From Candidatus Gastranaerophilaceae bacterium (GTDB lineage Bacteria; Cyanobacteriota; Vampirovibrionia; Gastranaerophilales; Gastranaerophilaceae), in NCBI GenBank assembly GCA_045638025.1, contig JAZUAO010000006.1, positions 3,281 to 67,280 of the forward strand: a stretch of 64,000 nt of DNA, given 5' to 3'. The notes below the pieces were generated by a model that was given only the letters and a program-made list of their open reading frames with translations, was not told the DNA's origin and searched no databases. The position numbers and the translations under genes were made by a program. Positions 42,370 through 51,934 of this stretch are shown here, one piece after another; position 1 is the first letter of the stretch, and each line of letters begins with the position of its first letter.

Positions 42370-43592
42370 TAAATTTCTTTTATAAAGCAATCAACCGCGA
42401 AACAAAAGAAGAAGTTTCAGGTTTTAAAGAAGCAGAAAGCCCAAGAGAAGTACGAGAATATGTACGTTCTCTTGGGCTAATGCCTATTATAGTAAGAGAA
42501 ACTGCACCTGAAAATATAAATACAAATGAAAAAAAGCCTGTTAGTAAAGTAGCGAAAATCAACTTCAGTCTTGATGACAGAATTTATTTCTTTTCTCAAC
42601 TACATGTAATGTTTTCAGCAGGATTAACCCTAACTGATGCCCTTGACTGTATTGCTAAACAGGCACCAAAAACAAACATCAAAAAAATAGCCCATAATAT
42701 TGAAACTGAAATAAGAAATGGTAAAACGTTTACTGAAAGTATCAAAAAATATTCTTATAGCATAGGAGAATCAGCTGTTGGATTATGCTTAACCGCTGAA
42801 GCCGCTGGCCAACTTGACGATATAATGGGCAAAATAACTGAAATCCTTAAAAAGGAAAAATTATTACGTTCCAAACTTTCTACAATGATGGTTTACCCTA
42901 CACTGATGACGCTTCTATTCATTGGAATGTTTTTTCTTTGTGGATTGTTTATCATCCCAAAACTAATGGAAGCTTTTTTCATAAGCAAAGAAAAATTAAC
43001 TGGTTCATTAAAATTCATTTACGAAACCAGTCAATTTTGCGCTGAAAACTGGATTCTTATTCTTTTATGCATATTGGGAGGTTTTTTCGCTTTAAAACTA
43101 CTGGTCAAATCCTCCAGCTTCAAAAAGATTTCAGACCACATAACAATGAGTATCCCTATATTAAATGAAAGCATCAGATATATAAATTTATCACCATTTT
43201 TTGCTGTACTTGGATTGGCTTACGATGCAGGATTAACAATACCAAGTTCAATTGAAATGGCTGCCATATCTATTTCAAATACAAAACTTAAAAAAGATGC
43301 GGCACAAATTGTTAAATCTGTCGTTAATGGCAGTCCCCTTTCTTTAGCACTTGCTGAATACAATTTCGTATCTCCGACTTTCAACGCTCTAGTTGTTGCC
43401 GGCGAAAAAAGTGGCGATTTAGGCAAAATGTTCAATGAAATTTCATTCAATATTAACCAAAACATTGATAACATTACAGCGAAACTATTAGAAGTAATAA
43501 AGATTGCGGTCATTGTAATTGCAGGAATTTTTGTTCTGTTATTAGCTCCCGCACTACAAAATTCTGCCAACTTACCGATGATGGGATTTTAA
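42366..43592 (+). CDS. type II secretion / type IV pilus platform protein (GspF/PilC family)
   Basis: 408 aa with two GspF repeats ([22 protein letters not shown]; [23 protein letters not shown]) and 3 TM segments. Its ATG overlaps the clpC stop (ATGA). Confidence 0.82.
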   Translation: MINFFYKAINRETKEEVSGFKEAESPREVREYVRSLGLMPIIVRETAPENINTNEKKPVSKVAKINFSLDDRIYFFSQLHVMFSAGLTLTDALDCIAKQAPKTNIKKIAHNIETEIRNGKTFTESIKKYSYSIGESAVGLCLTAEAAGQLDDIMGKITEILKKEKLLRSKLSTMMVYPTLMTLLFIGMFFLCGLFIIPKLMEAFFISKEKLTGSLKFIYETSQFCAENWILILLCILGGFFALKLLVKSSSFKKISDHITMSIPILNESIRYINLSPFFAVLGLAYDAGLTIPSSIEMAAISISNTKLKKDAAQIVKSVVNGSPLSLALAEYNFVSPTFNALVVAGEKSGDLGKMFNEISFNINQNIDNITAKLLEVIKIAVIVIAGIFVLLLAPALQNSANLPMMGF

Positions 43593-44981
43593 TTATTTAT
43601 TAAACAAACGCATTATTTTATCTAACAAGCCTTCATCTTCTTGCATATTGGTATGCTCAAGTTTTTGAAGTCTTTGTCTAACAACTTCTGCATCATCCGC
43701 ATTTGAGGCAATTTGGGTATATTTTGTATAATATTCAATAGCCGCAGGTTTGTTTTTTATTTTTTCATAAGTTTGTGCTAATTTTTTCACCACTATGGCA
43801 TTACGCTTATCCAACTCATATAAATTTTCAAGATAATCGGCTTGCAAACGATAATCGCCAATACTTTCTCTAAATTCTGCCAGTTTTTCCCACGCTTTTT
43901 TGTTTGTAGGCTCCAACTTCGCTATTTTTTCCCAAAATTCAATTGAATGATTTTTATCACCAGATTCTTCAAGCAATTGAGCTAAAGTAAGCATCAAATC
44001 AACATTTTTTTCGTTAAGTTGGTGTGCATTTAAGAACTCATTAATTGCAATATCTTTATCTTTTCTAACCAAATTAAATTTACCCCAATTCAAATGAGCA
44101 TGATATTCATCATTTTTATTTTCATAAATAAGTGCTCTCATTTGATAAACCAAGGCTGAATTGGGACTAATTTTATTATATTCTTCAACTGAATCTAAAG
44201 CTTTGTCATAATCTTCAGTAATAAAATAATATTGAGCCATTAATGCGTGAAACTCTGCGTTATTAGAATATTTTGATTGAATATCTTTTAAAATTTTAAA
44301 CGCGTCTTCGACTTCACCACATTCTAACATACATTTAACTCTAAAAAGCTCATCCTTTGTCAAATCTTTAGCTTGTTGAGGCTGATTATTTTTAAGATAT
44401 AAACGAGCTAATTTATCTTTTACATTATCAGACGCAAATCTTTGAACAGCTCTTTCTAACACATCAATAGCACTTGTTAAAATATCTTCTTTTACATATA
44501 AATCAGCCAATTTTATAAAAACTTCTTCGTTGTTATCTTCGTATTCCAAAGTTTTCATAAACTCATCAATCGCCTTTGTTGTATTACCCACTTGATCATA
44601 CAAATTTGCAAGGGTAAAACGAGTCATAACAATTTCTTTTTCATTATCTGTATGGTTTAAAGCTTTTTTATAATCACTTATAGCATGCTCTAATTTATGT
44701 TCAACAGAATGAAGATTTCCTCTATAAACATAATATTTATATTTATCAGTATCAATATAAACATCCATCAATTGCTCATAACAAAGAGTATTTGTCATAT
44801 CTTTTTCCAAAATCTTAGAATAATATTCAGCAGCTTCTTCTTTTTTATTAAGCATCATAGCCAAGTGACCAAGACGTTCTAAAACACCCAAATCACTAGG
44901 TCTTGCACTGTATTCCTTTTTATACTCTTCATATGCTAATTCATATTGTTCATTATCTTCATATTGTTCTGCTAAACTCAT
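43593..44981 (-). CDS. tetratricopeptide repeat (TPR) protein
   Basis: 462 aa with repeated 34-aa A..Y..AL...P-type helical units throughout and no TM segment. Confidence 0.75.
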   Translation of the reverse strand: MSLAEQYEDNEQYELAYEEYKKEYSARPSDLGVLERLGHLAMMLNKKEEAAEYYSKILEKDMTNTLCYEQLMDVYIDTDKYKYYVYRGNLHSVEHKLEHAISDYKKALNHTDNEKEIVMTRFTLANLYDQVGNTTKAIDEFMKTLEYEDNNEEVFIKLADLYVKEDILTSAIDVLERAVQRFASDNVKDKLARLYLKNNQPQQAKDLTKDELFRVKCMLECGEVEDAFKILKDIQSKYSNNAEFHALMAQYYFITEDYDKALDSVEEYNKISPNSALVYQMRALIYENKNDEYHAHLNWGKFNLVRKDKDIAINEFLNAHQLNEKNVDLMLTLAQLLEESGDKNHSIEFWEKIAKLEPTNKKAWEKLAEFRESIGDYRLQADYLENLYELDKRNAIVVKKLAQTYEKIKNKPAAIEYYTKYTQIASNADDAEVVRQRLQKLEHTNMQEDEGLLDKIMRLFNK

Positions 44982-45041
44982 TTGTTTACTCCTTGATAAA
45001 TATTATACATAAATCTTTCATGATACTAATAACCTCATTGG

Positions 45042-45599
45042 CTAATTAAAAACATTTTGAGTTTTTTCGATACCATTAGTAAGATAATATTCAACTCCAC
45101 TAATAGCTCGTTTTAAAATCTCTTTTAACTCTTCCATTTGTTCTTTAGAAAAATTCTGCAAAACAAAGTTTTCCGCTGGAATAGGTGGCTGAGGCCCAAT
45201 TCCGACTTTCAATCTATCAAAATTAGATGAGCCCAAATGCTTTATAATAGATTTGATACCGTTATGACCTCCGTCAGAACCATTTGCGCGAAAACGCAAA
45301 CGACCTAATTCCAAAGCTATATCATCATAAATGATAAAAACATCCTTTGCTTGAATTTTATAATAATTCATGATTGCGCTAGCTGCCTCACCTGACAAAT
45401 TCATAAATGTAGTAGGCTTCGCTAAAATAATATCTTCACCATTAAATCTGAATTTTGTTATATGTGCCTTAAGTTTTTTATCTTCTTTAAATGGCAAATT
45501 GTTTTCTAACGCCCATTTATCTAATACCATAAAACCAACGTTATGACGTGTAAAACAGTATTTATCCCCAATATTACCTAATCCGATTACTAATTTCAT
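45042..45599 (-). CDS. pth: peptidyl-tRNA hydrolase
   Basis: 185 aa with LVIGLGNIGDKY..TRHNVGF and GSDGGHNG motifs. Confidence 0.93.
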   Translation of the reverse strand: MKLVIGLGNIGDKYCFTRHNVGFMVLDKWALENNLPFKEDKKLKAHITKFRFNGEDIILAKPTTFMNLSGEAASAIMNYYKIQAKDVFIIYDDIALELGRLRFRANGSDGGHNGIKSIIKHLGSSNFDRLKVGIGPQPPIPAENFVLQNFSKEQMEELKEILKRAISGVEYYLTNGIEKTQNVFN

Positions 45600-45722
45600 A
45601 TTTCTAACCTTTTATATTTATTATTTTAACGTAAATAAATATTACCGTATCGATTTACCAACTTTTCGCTTAACAAAAAGACAAAATAAACGTAATTTAA
45701 ATATGAATAAGAGGATAACATT

Positions 45723-46286
45723 ATGAAAAATAAACCAATAATACAAGAAAAAAGTTCTGAAAAATTATCAAGATTTTTAGAAAAAAATGCATTACACAAG
45801 AAAGATTTTGCAGAAATGATTGGAGTTACACTTTCTTATGTTTACAATTTGATTGATGAAAGCATTCCTTTTTCAACTAGAAGCACTACACTTGAAAGAA
45901 TTGCAACGGTTATGGAAATAGAACCAGAAGAGTTTGAAGAATATAAAATTCCTCAAGAACCTCTATTATTTGATGATTCAGTATTATTTATAAAAGACAC
46001 AATGAAAGATAAAAAGATTTCTGTTGTAAATTTTCTTAAATCGTTCCCTCGTAAAAAACGTTTAGATATTGTAGATATTCTAAGAGGAGCCTTACCAACA
46101 CCCATTGACTATAAAGAATTATCTATGATAGGACAAGTCCTCGATTTAACAAAAGACGAAATCTACGACATTTGGGAAAAACGAATGAAACAAGTGATGG
46201 AAATGAATGGCATGAATATCTATTCAAATGCTGCATTAATCAATTCAATGTTTGATTGCGCAAAGAAATTTATACACTTAAAATAA
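45723..46286 (+). CDS. XRE-family helix-turn-helix protein
   Basis: 187 aa. The N-terminal HTH is LHKKDFAEMIGVTLSYVYNLI. The C-terminal half is not assigned. Confidence 0.6.
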   Translation: MKNKPIIQEKSSEKLSRFLEKNALHKKDFAEMIGVTLSYVYNLIDESIPFSTRSTTLERIATVMEIEPEEFEEYKIPQEPLLFDDSVLFIKDTMKDKKISVVNFLKSFPRKKRLDIVDILRGALPTPIDYKELSMIGQVLDLTKDEIYDIWEKRMKQVMEMNGMNIYSNAALINSMFDCAKKFIHLK

Positions 46287-46293
46287 CTTTTTT

Positions 46294-46327
46294 AAAATCC
46301 TTCTAAAAAAAAAAGAAGGATTTTTTT
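46294..46327 (+). terminator. rho-independent terminator candidate
   Basis: AAAATCCTTC-(A-rich loop)-GAAGGATTTT followed by a T-run. Confidence 0.55.
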
Positions 46328-46337
46328 AAAAAAGTTG

Positions 46338-46366
46338 TTGACAATAAATTTTGTTCTTGTTAGGAT
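46338..46366 (+). promoter_or_regulatory. sigma70-like promoter candidate for tRNA-Lys
   Basis: TTGACA (46338-46343), 17-nt spacer, TAGGAT (46361-46366). Confidence 0.35.
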
Positions 46367-46421
46367 TAACTCATTGGCAATAACTAGCCAGATGAAATAT
46401 GAATAGCAATTATTTTTATTT

Positions 46422-46494
46422 GCGCTTGTAGCTCAGCAGGTAGAGCACTCCCCTTTTAAGGGATAGGTCGCGCGTTCGAATCGCGCCAAGCGCA
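46422..46494 (+). tRNA. tRNA-Lys (anticodon TTT)
   Basis: GCGCTTGTAGCTCAGCAGGTAGAGCACTCCCCTTTTAAGGGATAGGTCGCGCGTTCGAATCGCGCCAAGCGCA, with anticodon loop CTTTTAA and T-loop GTTCGAATC. CCA is not encoded. Confidence 0.9.
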
Positions 46495-46510
46495 ATTTTT
46501 TATTGTTTAT

Positions 46511-46539
46511 TTGACATGAAAAATCGCTTGTGCTATTAC
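46511..46539 (+). promoter_or_regulatory. sigma70-like promoter candidate upstream of the GlgA-like gene (alternative to 46594-46622)
   Basis: TTGACA (46511-46516), 17-nt spacer, TATTAC (46534-46539). Confidence 0.35.
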
Positions 46540-46593
46540 AAATATGTACTTTTAGTGTTTATTGTAACGAAATATTTTGTTTTCTACTTTAAA

Positions 46594-46622
46594 TAGCAAA
46601 AATTATTTTTACGTGTTTTCTA
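46594..46622 (+). promoter_or_regulatory. non-canonical bipartite promoter-like element (e)
   Basis: TAGCAA-N17-TTTCTA. The first 20 nt (TAGCAAAAATTATTTTTACG) match the reverse complement of 17091-17110 at 18/20 positions. Confidence 0.3.
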
Positions 46623-46653
46623 TGAGTGATTAGTACTAAGTTAGGAGTGAGAC

Positions 46654-49461
46654 ATGCAGTCTGTATCAAACATTTCATTTAAAAGCGATTCAAATTTATT
46701 AAAGAAAGTCGCAGCACCTCAAGAGGAAAAAGAGGGAAATAACATTCCTCGACAAATAACAAAACCCGTTTCCGAAACGCCCATAACGGATACATTTGAG
46801 AACCAAAAAGATGGTAAAACATCTTTCATAAAAGAATATTCTGGCATTGCAGCTTTAGCCATATCAGCTTTAGGTATTCCAATAACATATGCTGTAACTA
46901 AAAAAACAAATACAAAAGCAATTAACAAACTACAAAACTCTATTGAGGAACTTACAAACAAACTTTCAAAACTTGATATAGATGACAAAATCAAAGTTGC
47001 AATCGAACAAGCTGGTAAACAATCACAAGGTGCAAACAATCTTGTTAGCAAAAAATCTAACTTAGTAACCATATTATTGGGTATCGGATCTGGACTTGGT
47101 ATATCTAAGTTTTTAGAAGGTAACAAAGAAAAACTTAAAGAACTTGGTTATGCCGATGATGAAATCAATGAAGCAGGTCAAATAGCTTCTAATATAACAG
47201 ATGATTCTAGAAATGCACTAGCAAAAGCAAACGAAGCCCACGGTATAGCATCAGGAATTAGCGAAACAGCAGCTACTGCAAGAAATATAGCTGAAGCTGC
47301 ACAAAACACTGCAAATTCAATGAACGGACGCGTAAACGAAGCACGTAATAGAGCTGACGAAGCTCTTGGTGCTGCAAATGCTGGCATTAGACCAGAAATG
47401 CAAAAATTCGTTCAAAAATATTACGATTTATGGATTATGCAAACTCCAGGTTGGGCAAAACGTATTAACAATCAACGCACTGAAACCGCTATGAGCACTG
47501 TAAGAGATGCAGCCGTAAGAAGACTTGATAGATCTGCTAAAGATACATTAAAAGACATTAAAGCATACAAAACTCAATACAAAAATGAATTAACATCACT
47601 TTGGGCATTAACAGCTGAATTCAAACCAATTAAACTTGGTGGCTTAGGTGATGTTCCTGTAGATTTACAAGATAACTTCACTAAACTTGGAATTGATAAC
47701 CCAATATTTATTCCAATGTACGAAACTCCAGGCAAATCTAAATTCGTAGGTGAAGGCGATATCGTTTCAGAATATATCTACGATAAGAAAACATATAACC
47801 TACAAAAATTAGCATCAACAGAAATCGAAGTATTCAAAAATGGCACAACAAAACCTGAAAAAGTAGATTTCTACATGGCTAACGAAAACGGTAAGAAAAT
47901 AATCTTTGTTAAAAATGAAAGCTTCAAAGGTTCAATTTACGAATCAACTGCTCTTGCTGATGAACCAGAAAAATTTGCAGTATTCAACAAAGCTGTTTAT
48001 ACATTAGCAAAAGCTAAAGTTGCAGAAGCTCTGGGCGAACCACTTTCAAGCTCTGCACCAATTATCAAATATCAAGCATATGATAACTTAAAAGCGCCAA
48101 ACTCAATGATATTGAACGATTGGCACGCAGCAACAATGGCTGGTTTGTTAAGATACAAAGCTCCATTAGAATATAACTACAATGAAATGAACAAAAAAGC
48201 ATTTGAAGCATTAAGCAATATGCCATTATTGATGATTGGACACAACTTAAAAGTTCAAGGGGCTTCAAATTCAGCGAACTCAAATATTCCAGCAAATAAT
48301 AATATCACTCAAAATATAATTAATACATTGTATGATAAACACGCGATCGCAATTGTAGAAAATGCTCACAGCGGTCTAGAAGGCGAAGATATGTGTAACA
48401 CTGTACTATTGAAACGTACAACAGCTGACAAACAATTTAACTCATTGTTCCACGGTATTGCGCTTGCAGACTGGTTTGTACCAGTATCTAAAAACTACGC
48501 TAATGAAATTGTAGATGACGTAATGCAATCTGGTATCACAAGACCATTATTACAAAGACGTAAAGCTACTGGAACACTTGAAGGTATCATTAATGGTACT
48601 GACCTAGTTAAACATGATATGAACGTAACATCAACCGTAAACTATGTTGATGGCCTAGTTCTAGAAAAATACAACAAAAACAACCAAATCGATAGAGTAA
48701 TGGAACTAAGACGCGAAAACAAAAAACGTGTTTATAATATGTTCATCAAACCTATTTTGACAAAAGAAAAAGACGTTCCTGAATTAATTGGAACTAATAA
48801 AGTTATTCCTGAAGAAGAATTCTTGGATGCTCCATTAATCTCATTTGCACACAGATTGACAGATCAAAAAGGCTTAAGTTTATTGAAAGGTGCAATATTT
48901 AGATTATTTGACAATTGGGAAGAAGAATTCGGCGACAAACCGAAACCATACTTTATCGTTGGTGGCCCACCTGAAGATGAAAAAGAAGTTTCATACTTAT
49001 CCGACTTGAAAAATCCTGAGTATGGCACAGACAAATCTAGACTAGATCACGTTATCGCAATGAAAGGTAACATGCCAAACCCAGCATTAATGGCTGCAAG
49101 TACATACTTCTGTGCACCGTCAACATTTGAACCATGCGGATTAACTCAAGGCGAAAGCTTCGCTAAAGGTACACCAGTAATTGTAACAGACGTAGGTGGA
49201 TACCACGATACTGTAAAAGATGGTGTAACTGGTATCTTGGCTAAAAATCCATCAGAAGAAGCCGTTTACGATGCACTTGTAAGAGCATTGAAAATCTACT
49301 TCTTTGAACATGACACTTATAAAGAAATGGTTAAAAACGATTTAAACATCGACTTTAGCTGGGCTAGAGCTGGCAAAGAAGGTCCTATTTACGAATACAC
49401 CGATAAACTTGGTTTCAATCGTAAAAGGCTTCCTGACATTGCAACAAACCAAGCAGCATAA
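46654..49461 (+). CDS. glgA: glycogen/starch synthase-like GT5 glycosyltransferase with ~330-aa membrane-anchored N-terminal extension
   Basis: 935 aa with the KLGGLGDV motif about 330 aa in and the C-terminal STFEPCGLTQGESFAKGTPVIVTDVGGYHDTVKDGVTG. The N-terminal part has one TM (YSGIAALAISALGIPITYAV) and Ala-rich helices. Confidence 0.7.
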   Translation: MQSVSNISFKSDSNLLKKVAAPQEEKEGNNIPRQITKPVSETPITDTFENQKDGKTSFIKEYSGIAALAISALGIPITYAVTKKTNTKAINKLQNSIEELTNKLSKLDIDDKIKVAIEQAGKQSQGANNLVSKKSNLVTILLGIGSGLGISKFLEGNKEKLKELGYADDEINEAGQIASNITDDSRNALAKANEAHGIASGISETAATARNIAEAAQNTANSMNGRVNEARNRADEALGAANAGIRPEMQKFVQKYYDLWIMQTPGWAKRINNQRTETAMSTVRDAAVRRLDRSAKDTLKDIKAYKTQYKNELTSLWALTAEFKPIKLGGLGDVPVDLQDNFTKLGIDNPIFIPMYETPGKSKFVGEGDIVSEYIYDKKTYNLQKLASTEIEVFKNGTTKPEKVDFYMANENGKKIIFVKNESFKGSIYESTALADEPEKFAVFNKAVYTLAKAKVAEALGEPLSSSAPIIKYQAYDNLKAPNSMILNDWHAATMAGLLRYKAPLEYNYNEMNKKAFEALSNMPLLMIGHNLKVQGASNSANSNIPANNNITQNIINTLYDKHAIAIVENAHSGLEGEDMCNTVLLKRTTADKQFNSLFHGIALADWFVPVSKNYANEIVDDVMQSGITRPLLQRRKATGTLEGIINGTDLVKHDMNVTSTVNYVDGLVLEKYNKNNQIDRVMELRRENKKRVYNMFIKPILTKEKDVPELIGTNKVIPEEEFLDAPLISFAHRLTDQKGLSLLKGAIFRLFDNWEEEFGDKPKPYFIVGGPPEDEKEVSYLSDLKNPEYGTDKSRLDHVIAMKGNMPNPALMAASTYFCAPSTFEPCGLTQGESFAKGTPVIVTDVGGYHDTVKDGVTGILAKNPSEEAVYDALVRALKIYFFEHDTYKEMVKNDLNIDFSWARAGKEGPIYEYTDKLGFNRKRLPDIATNQAA

Positions 49462-49483
49462 GCTAAACTTTTATTACATTTTT

Positions 49484-49515
49484 AAAAACAAGGAGTATTT
49501 TACTCCTTGTTTTTC
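49484..49515 (+). terminator. rho-independent terminator
   Basis: AAAAACAAGGAGTA-TTT-TACTCCTTGTTTTT: perfect long stem plus a T-run. Confidence 0.8.
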
Positions 49516-49554
49516 GTATAATATTCTTGTAAGAAGTATTATTTAAGGGGTAAA

Positions 49555-50832
49555 ATGGACAGATTTTTTGGAATTTTTGGGATAATATTTATTTTTGGCA
49601 TAGCTTTTTTAATATCAAATAACCGTAAAGCTATAAATTATAAGACTGTTGGAATGGGCTTTTTATTGCAAGTTCTTTTAGCAGTTTTTGTTTTTAAAGT
49701 ACCTTTAGGGCAAAAAATGTTTATGGCAATTGGGGTATTTATCCAAAAGATTTTAGAATTTGCAAAAGAAGGTGGCGAATTTGTTTTTGGTGGACTAATG
49801 AGCGCAAAATGGACTGATTTATTTGGTGGTGGCGGACAAATTTTCGCACTGCAACTTATTAGCTCTATCATATTTATGATGATTTTAGTAAATATTCTTT
49901 ATTACTACGGAATTATGCAACGTGTAGTTGCTATTTTAGGAAAAGGAATGAATAAATTAATGTCTGTATCTGGTGCAGAAGCTTTATCAAACGTTGCTAG
50001 TGCATTTGTAGGTCAAATTGTAGCTCAAATTATGATTAGACCTTACTTGGCAAAATTAACTCGTTCTGAATTACTTGCATCAATGGCTGGCAGCATGGCT
50101 TGTATATCAGGAGCGATTATGCCTATTTACATTGGCATGGGAATTCCTGCATCATATTTACTAGCATCATCAATAATGGCAGCACCTGGAGCTTTAGTAT
50201 TAACAAAAATTGTTTATCCTGAAGTTAACACACCTGAAACAAGCCAAGATTTCAAAGTTAATTACAGTAAAAGAAAAAGAACACATGCTAACGTATTTGA
50301 TGCTATTTCAGCTGGAGCTTCAGAGGGTATGAAAGTTGCGATTAATGTTACTGCGATGATTTTGGCTTTAGTTGCTCTTGTAGCCTTAATTGACTGGGTT
50401 TTAGGTGGTATTGGTACTCTTGTAGTTAAATATTTACACGTAAATACATTTATTGGCATGGATTTAGCACATTTGTCATTAAAAATGATTTTAGGTAAAA
50501 TCTTTGCAATATTCGCATTTTTAATGGGCGTTCCTATGGCTGAAGCGACAACAGTTGGTAGCTTGATGGGTACAAAATTGGTGTTAAACGAAATGGTTGC
50601 ATATGTTGATATGATGAATCTTCCTGAAGCTCTTTCACCAAAAAGCTTCATCATTGCTAGCTTTGCACTTTGCAGCTTTGGTAACTTTGGATCAATCGCA
50701 ATCCAACTAGGTGGTATTGGCGAACTTGCACCAAACCAACGTAAAAACCTTGCAAGACTAGGAGTAAGAGCCCTAATTTGTGGTACATTGACCTGCTATA
50801 TGTCTGCAACAATTGCAGGAATTCTGTTATAA
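49555..50832 (+). CDS. nupC: concentrative nucleoside transporter (NupC family)
   Basis: 425 aa, multi-TM. The N-terminus MDRFFGIFGIIFIFGIAFLISNNRKAI and overall pattern are typical of CNT/NupC. Confidence 0.82.
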   Translation: MDRFFGIFGIIFIFGIAFLISNNRKAINYKTVGMGFLLQVLLAVFVFKVPLGQKMFMAIGVFIQKILEFAKEGGEFVFGGLMSAKWTDLFGGGGQIFALQLISSIIFMMILVNILYYYGIMQRVVAILGKGMNKLMSVSGAEALSNVASAFVGQIVAQIMIRPYLAKLTRSELLASMAGSMACISGAIMPIYIGMGIPASYLLASSIMAAPGALVLTKIVYPEVNTPETSQDFKVNYSKRKRTHANVFDAISAGASEGMKVAINVTAMILALVALVALIDWVLGGIGTLVVKYLHVNTFIGMDLAHLSLKMILGKIFAIFAFLMGVPMAEATTVGSLMGTKLVLNEMVAYVDMMNLPEALSPKSFIIASFALCSFGNFGSIAIQLGGIGELAPNQRKNLARLGVRALICGTLTCYMSATIAGILL

Positions 50833-50853
50833 ATTTCAAACGGGAGAATAAAT

Positions 50854-51933
50854 ATGATAAAACACGCTTGTCTACAACGTTTTCGAGGTTTCACCTTAGC
50901 TGAAGTTCTAATTACATTAGGAATTATTGGTGTCGTTGCATCAATGACAATTCCCACTTTAATACAGAATTACCAAGAAAAATCTTTAGGTACAGCAAAA
51001 GACGTTTTTCAAAAGAAAATTAACGTTGCCTTAAAAACAATGGTAACTCAACAAGAACTCTACGGATATTCAACAACCGCAGATTTCGTAAATGACGGTT
51101 TGTCTAAACATATGAAAATTATAAAAACTTGCCCTTTAGACGAATTGGATTCTTGTTTTGCTGAAAGATTTACATATGGAACTGAAGAAATTGAAGTTAG
51201 CGATATTACAGATTCTGACAATATGGGCCAAGATGAATGGGAAACAAAACCGATAGGAGTTGTTTTTGCAAATGGGGTATCTGCTATTTTACTATATAAC
51301 AACAACTGCAGCTATATTGATCCATACGACAATACTGTTGACGCAACAGCATGTGTATCAATGGCTTATGATGTAAATGGTCTCAAAACTCCAAATTCTC
51401 TTGGAAAAGACCTTGCAACAATGAACGCAACCCTTTCTAAATTTGCTTGTATATCACCAGGACTTAAGAAATCTGCAGGGATATGCGTCACAAAAACGGC
51501 TTCTGTAAATTTTTTCGCGATGGAAGATTGCTTAGCCCAAAAAGAAAGATTAGGTCTACAATATTGTTGGGACGGATATAATGGAGGAATAGCAGGAATG
51601 GCTGGTCACTGGGGAGATACATATGCTGGACTGGTAGCCGCATGTGGAGGAATTGATAAAGTCGCCTCTCTTGAACAATTAGCTGAAATTGCGAAATATG
51701 TTTACGAAACTGACAACATCCAACCAACAAAATCAGCTAGTAGTTTAACATATAACCCGACTCGTTGGGAAGAAATTTTTGGGTCAAACGTACCAAGTCC
51801 AGGTAGTGCATATTATTTCATTTCAAACAAAGAAGCTGAAAAAAGCGCGTATGAGAGGAATTTTGGTCCTAACTCCAGTCAATATACAACCAATACTAGA
51901 GGTTTTTCACAAAGAGCAATTTGTGTAAGATAG
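50854..51933 (+). CDS. prepilin-type N-terminal cleavage/methylation domain protein with DUF1566-like C-terminus (tentative)
   Basis: 359 aa with the class III signal RGFTLAEVLITLGIIGVVASMTIP. The C-terminus (ASLEQLAEIAKYVY ... YYFISNKEA ... GFSQRAICVR*) resembles the LPT.EEL / yWSS / vRCVR pattern of Lcl-C/DUF1566 domains. Confidence 0.65.
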   Translation: MIKHACLQRFRGFTLAEVLITLGIIGVVASMTIPTLIQNYQEKSLGTAKDVFQKKINVALKTMVTQQELYGYSTTADFVNDGLSKHMKIIKTCPLDELDSCFAERFTYGTEEIEVSDITDSDNMGQDEWETKPIGVVFANGVSAILLYNNNCSYIDPYDNTVDATACVSMAYDVNGLKTPNSLGKDLATMNATLSKFACISPGLKKSAGICVTKTASVNFFAMEDCLAQKERLGLQYCWDGYNGGIAGMAGHWGDTYAGLVAACGGIDKVASLEQLAEIAKYVYETDNIQPTKSASSLTYNPTRWEEIFGSNVPSPGSAYYFISNKEAEKSAYERNFGPNSSQYTTNTRGFSQRAICVR

Positions 51934-51934
51934 T

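Noticed and set aside
28026-46494. tRNA genes (Pro, Leu, Lys) as integration sites of genomic islands or prophages.
   Set aside because: No integrase, recombinase, transposase, phage gene or direct repeat of a tRNA 3' end was seen flanking any of the three tRNAs. The only partial resemblance is at 35948-35977, treated under the ncRNA candidate.
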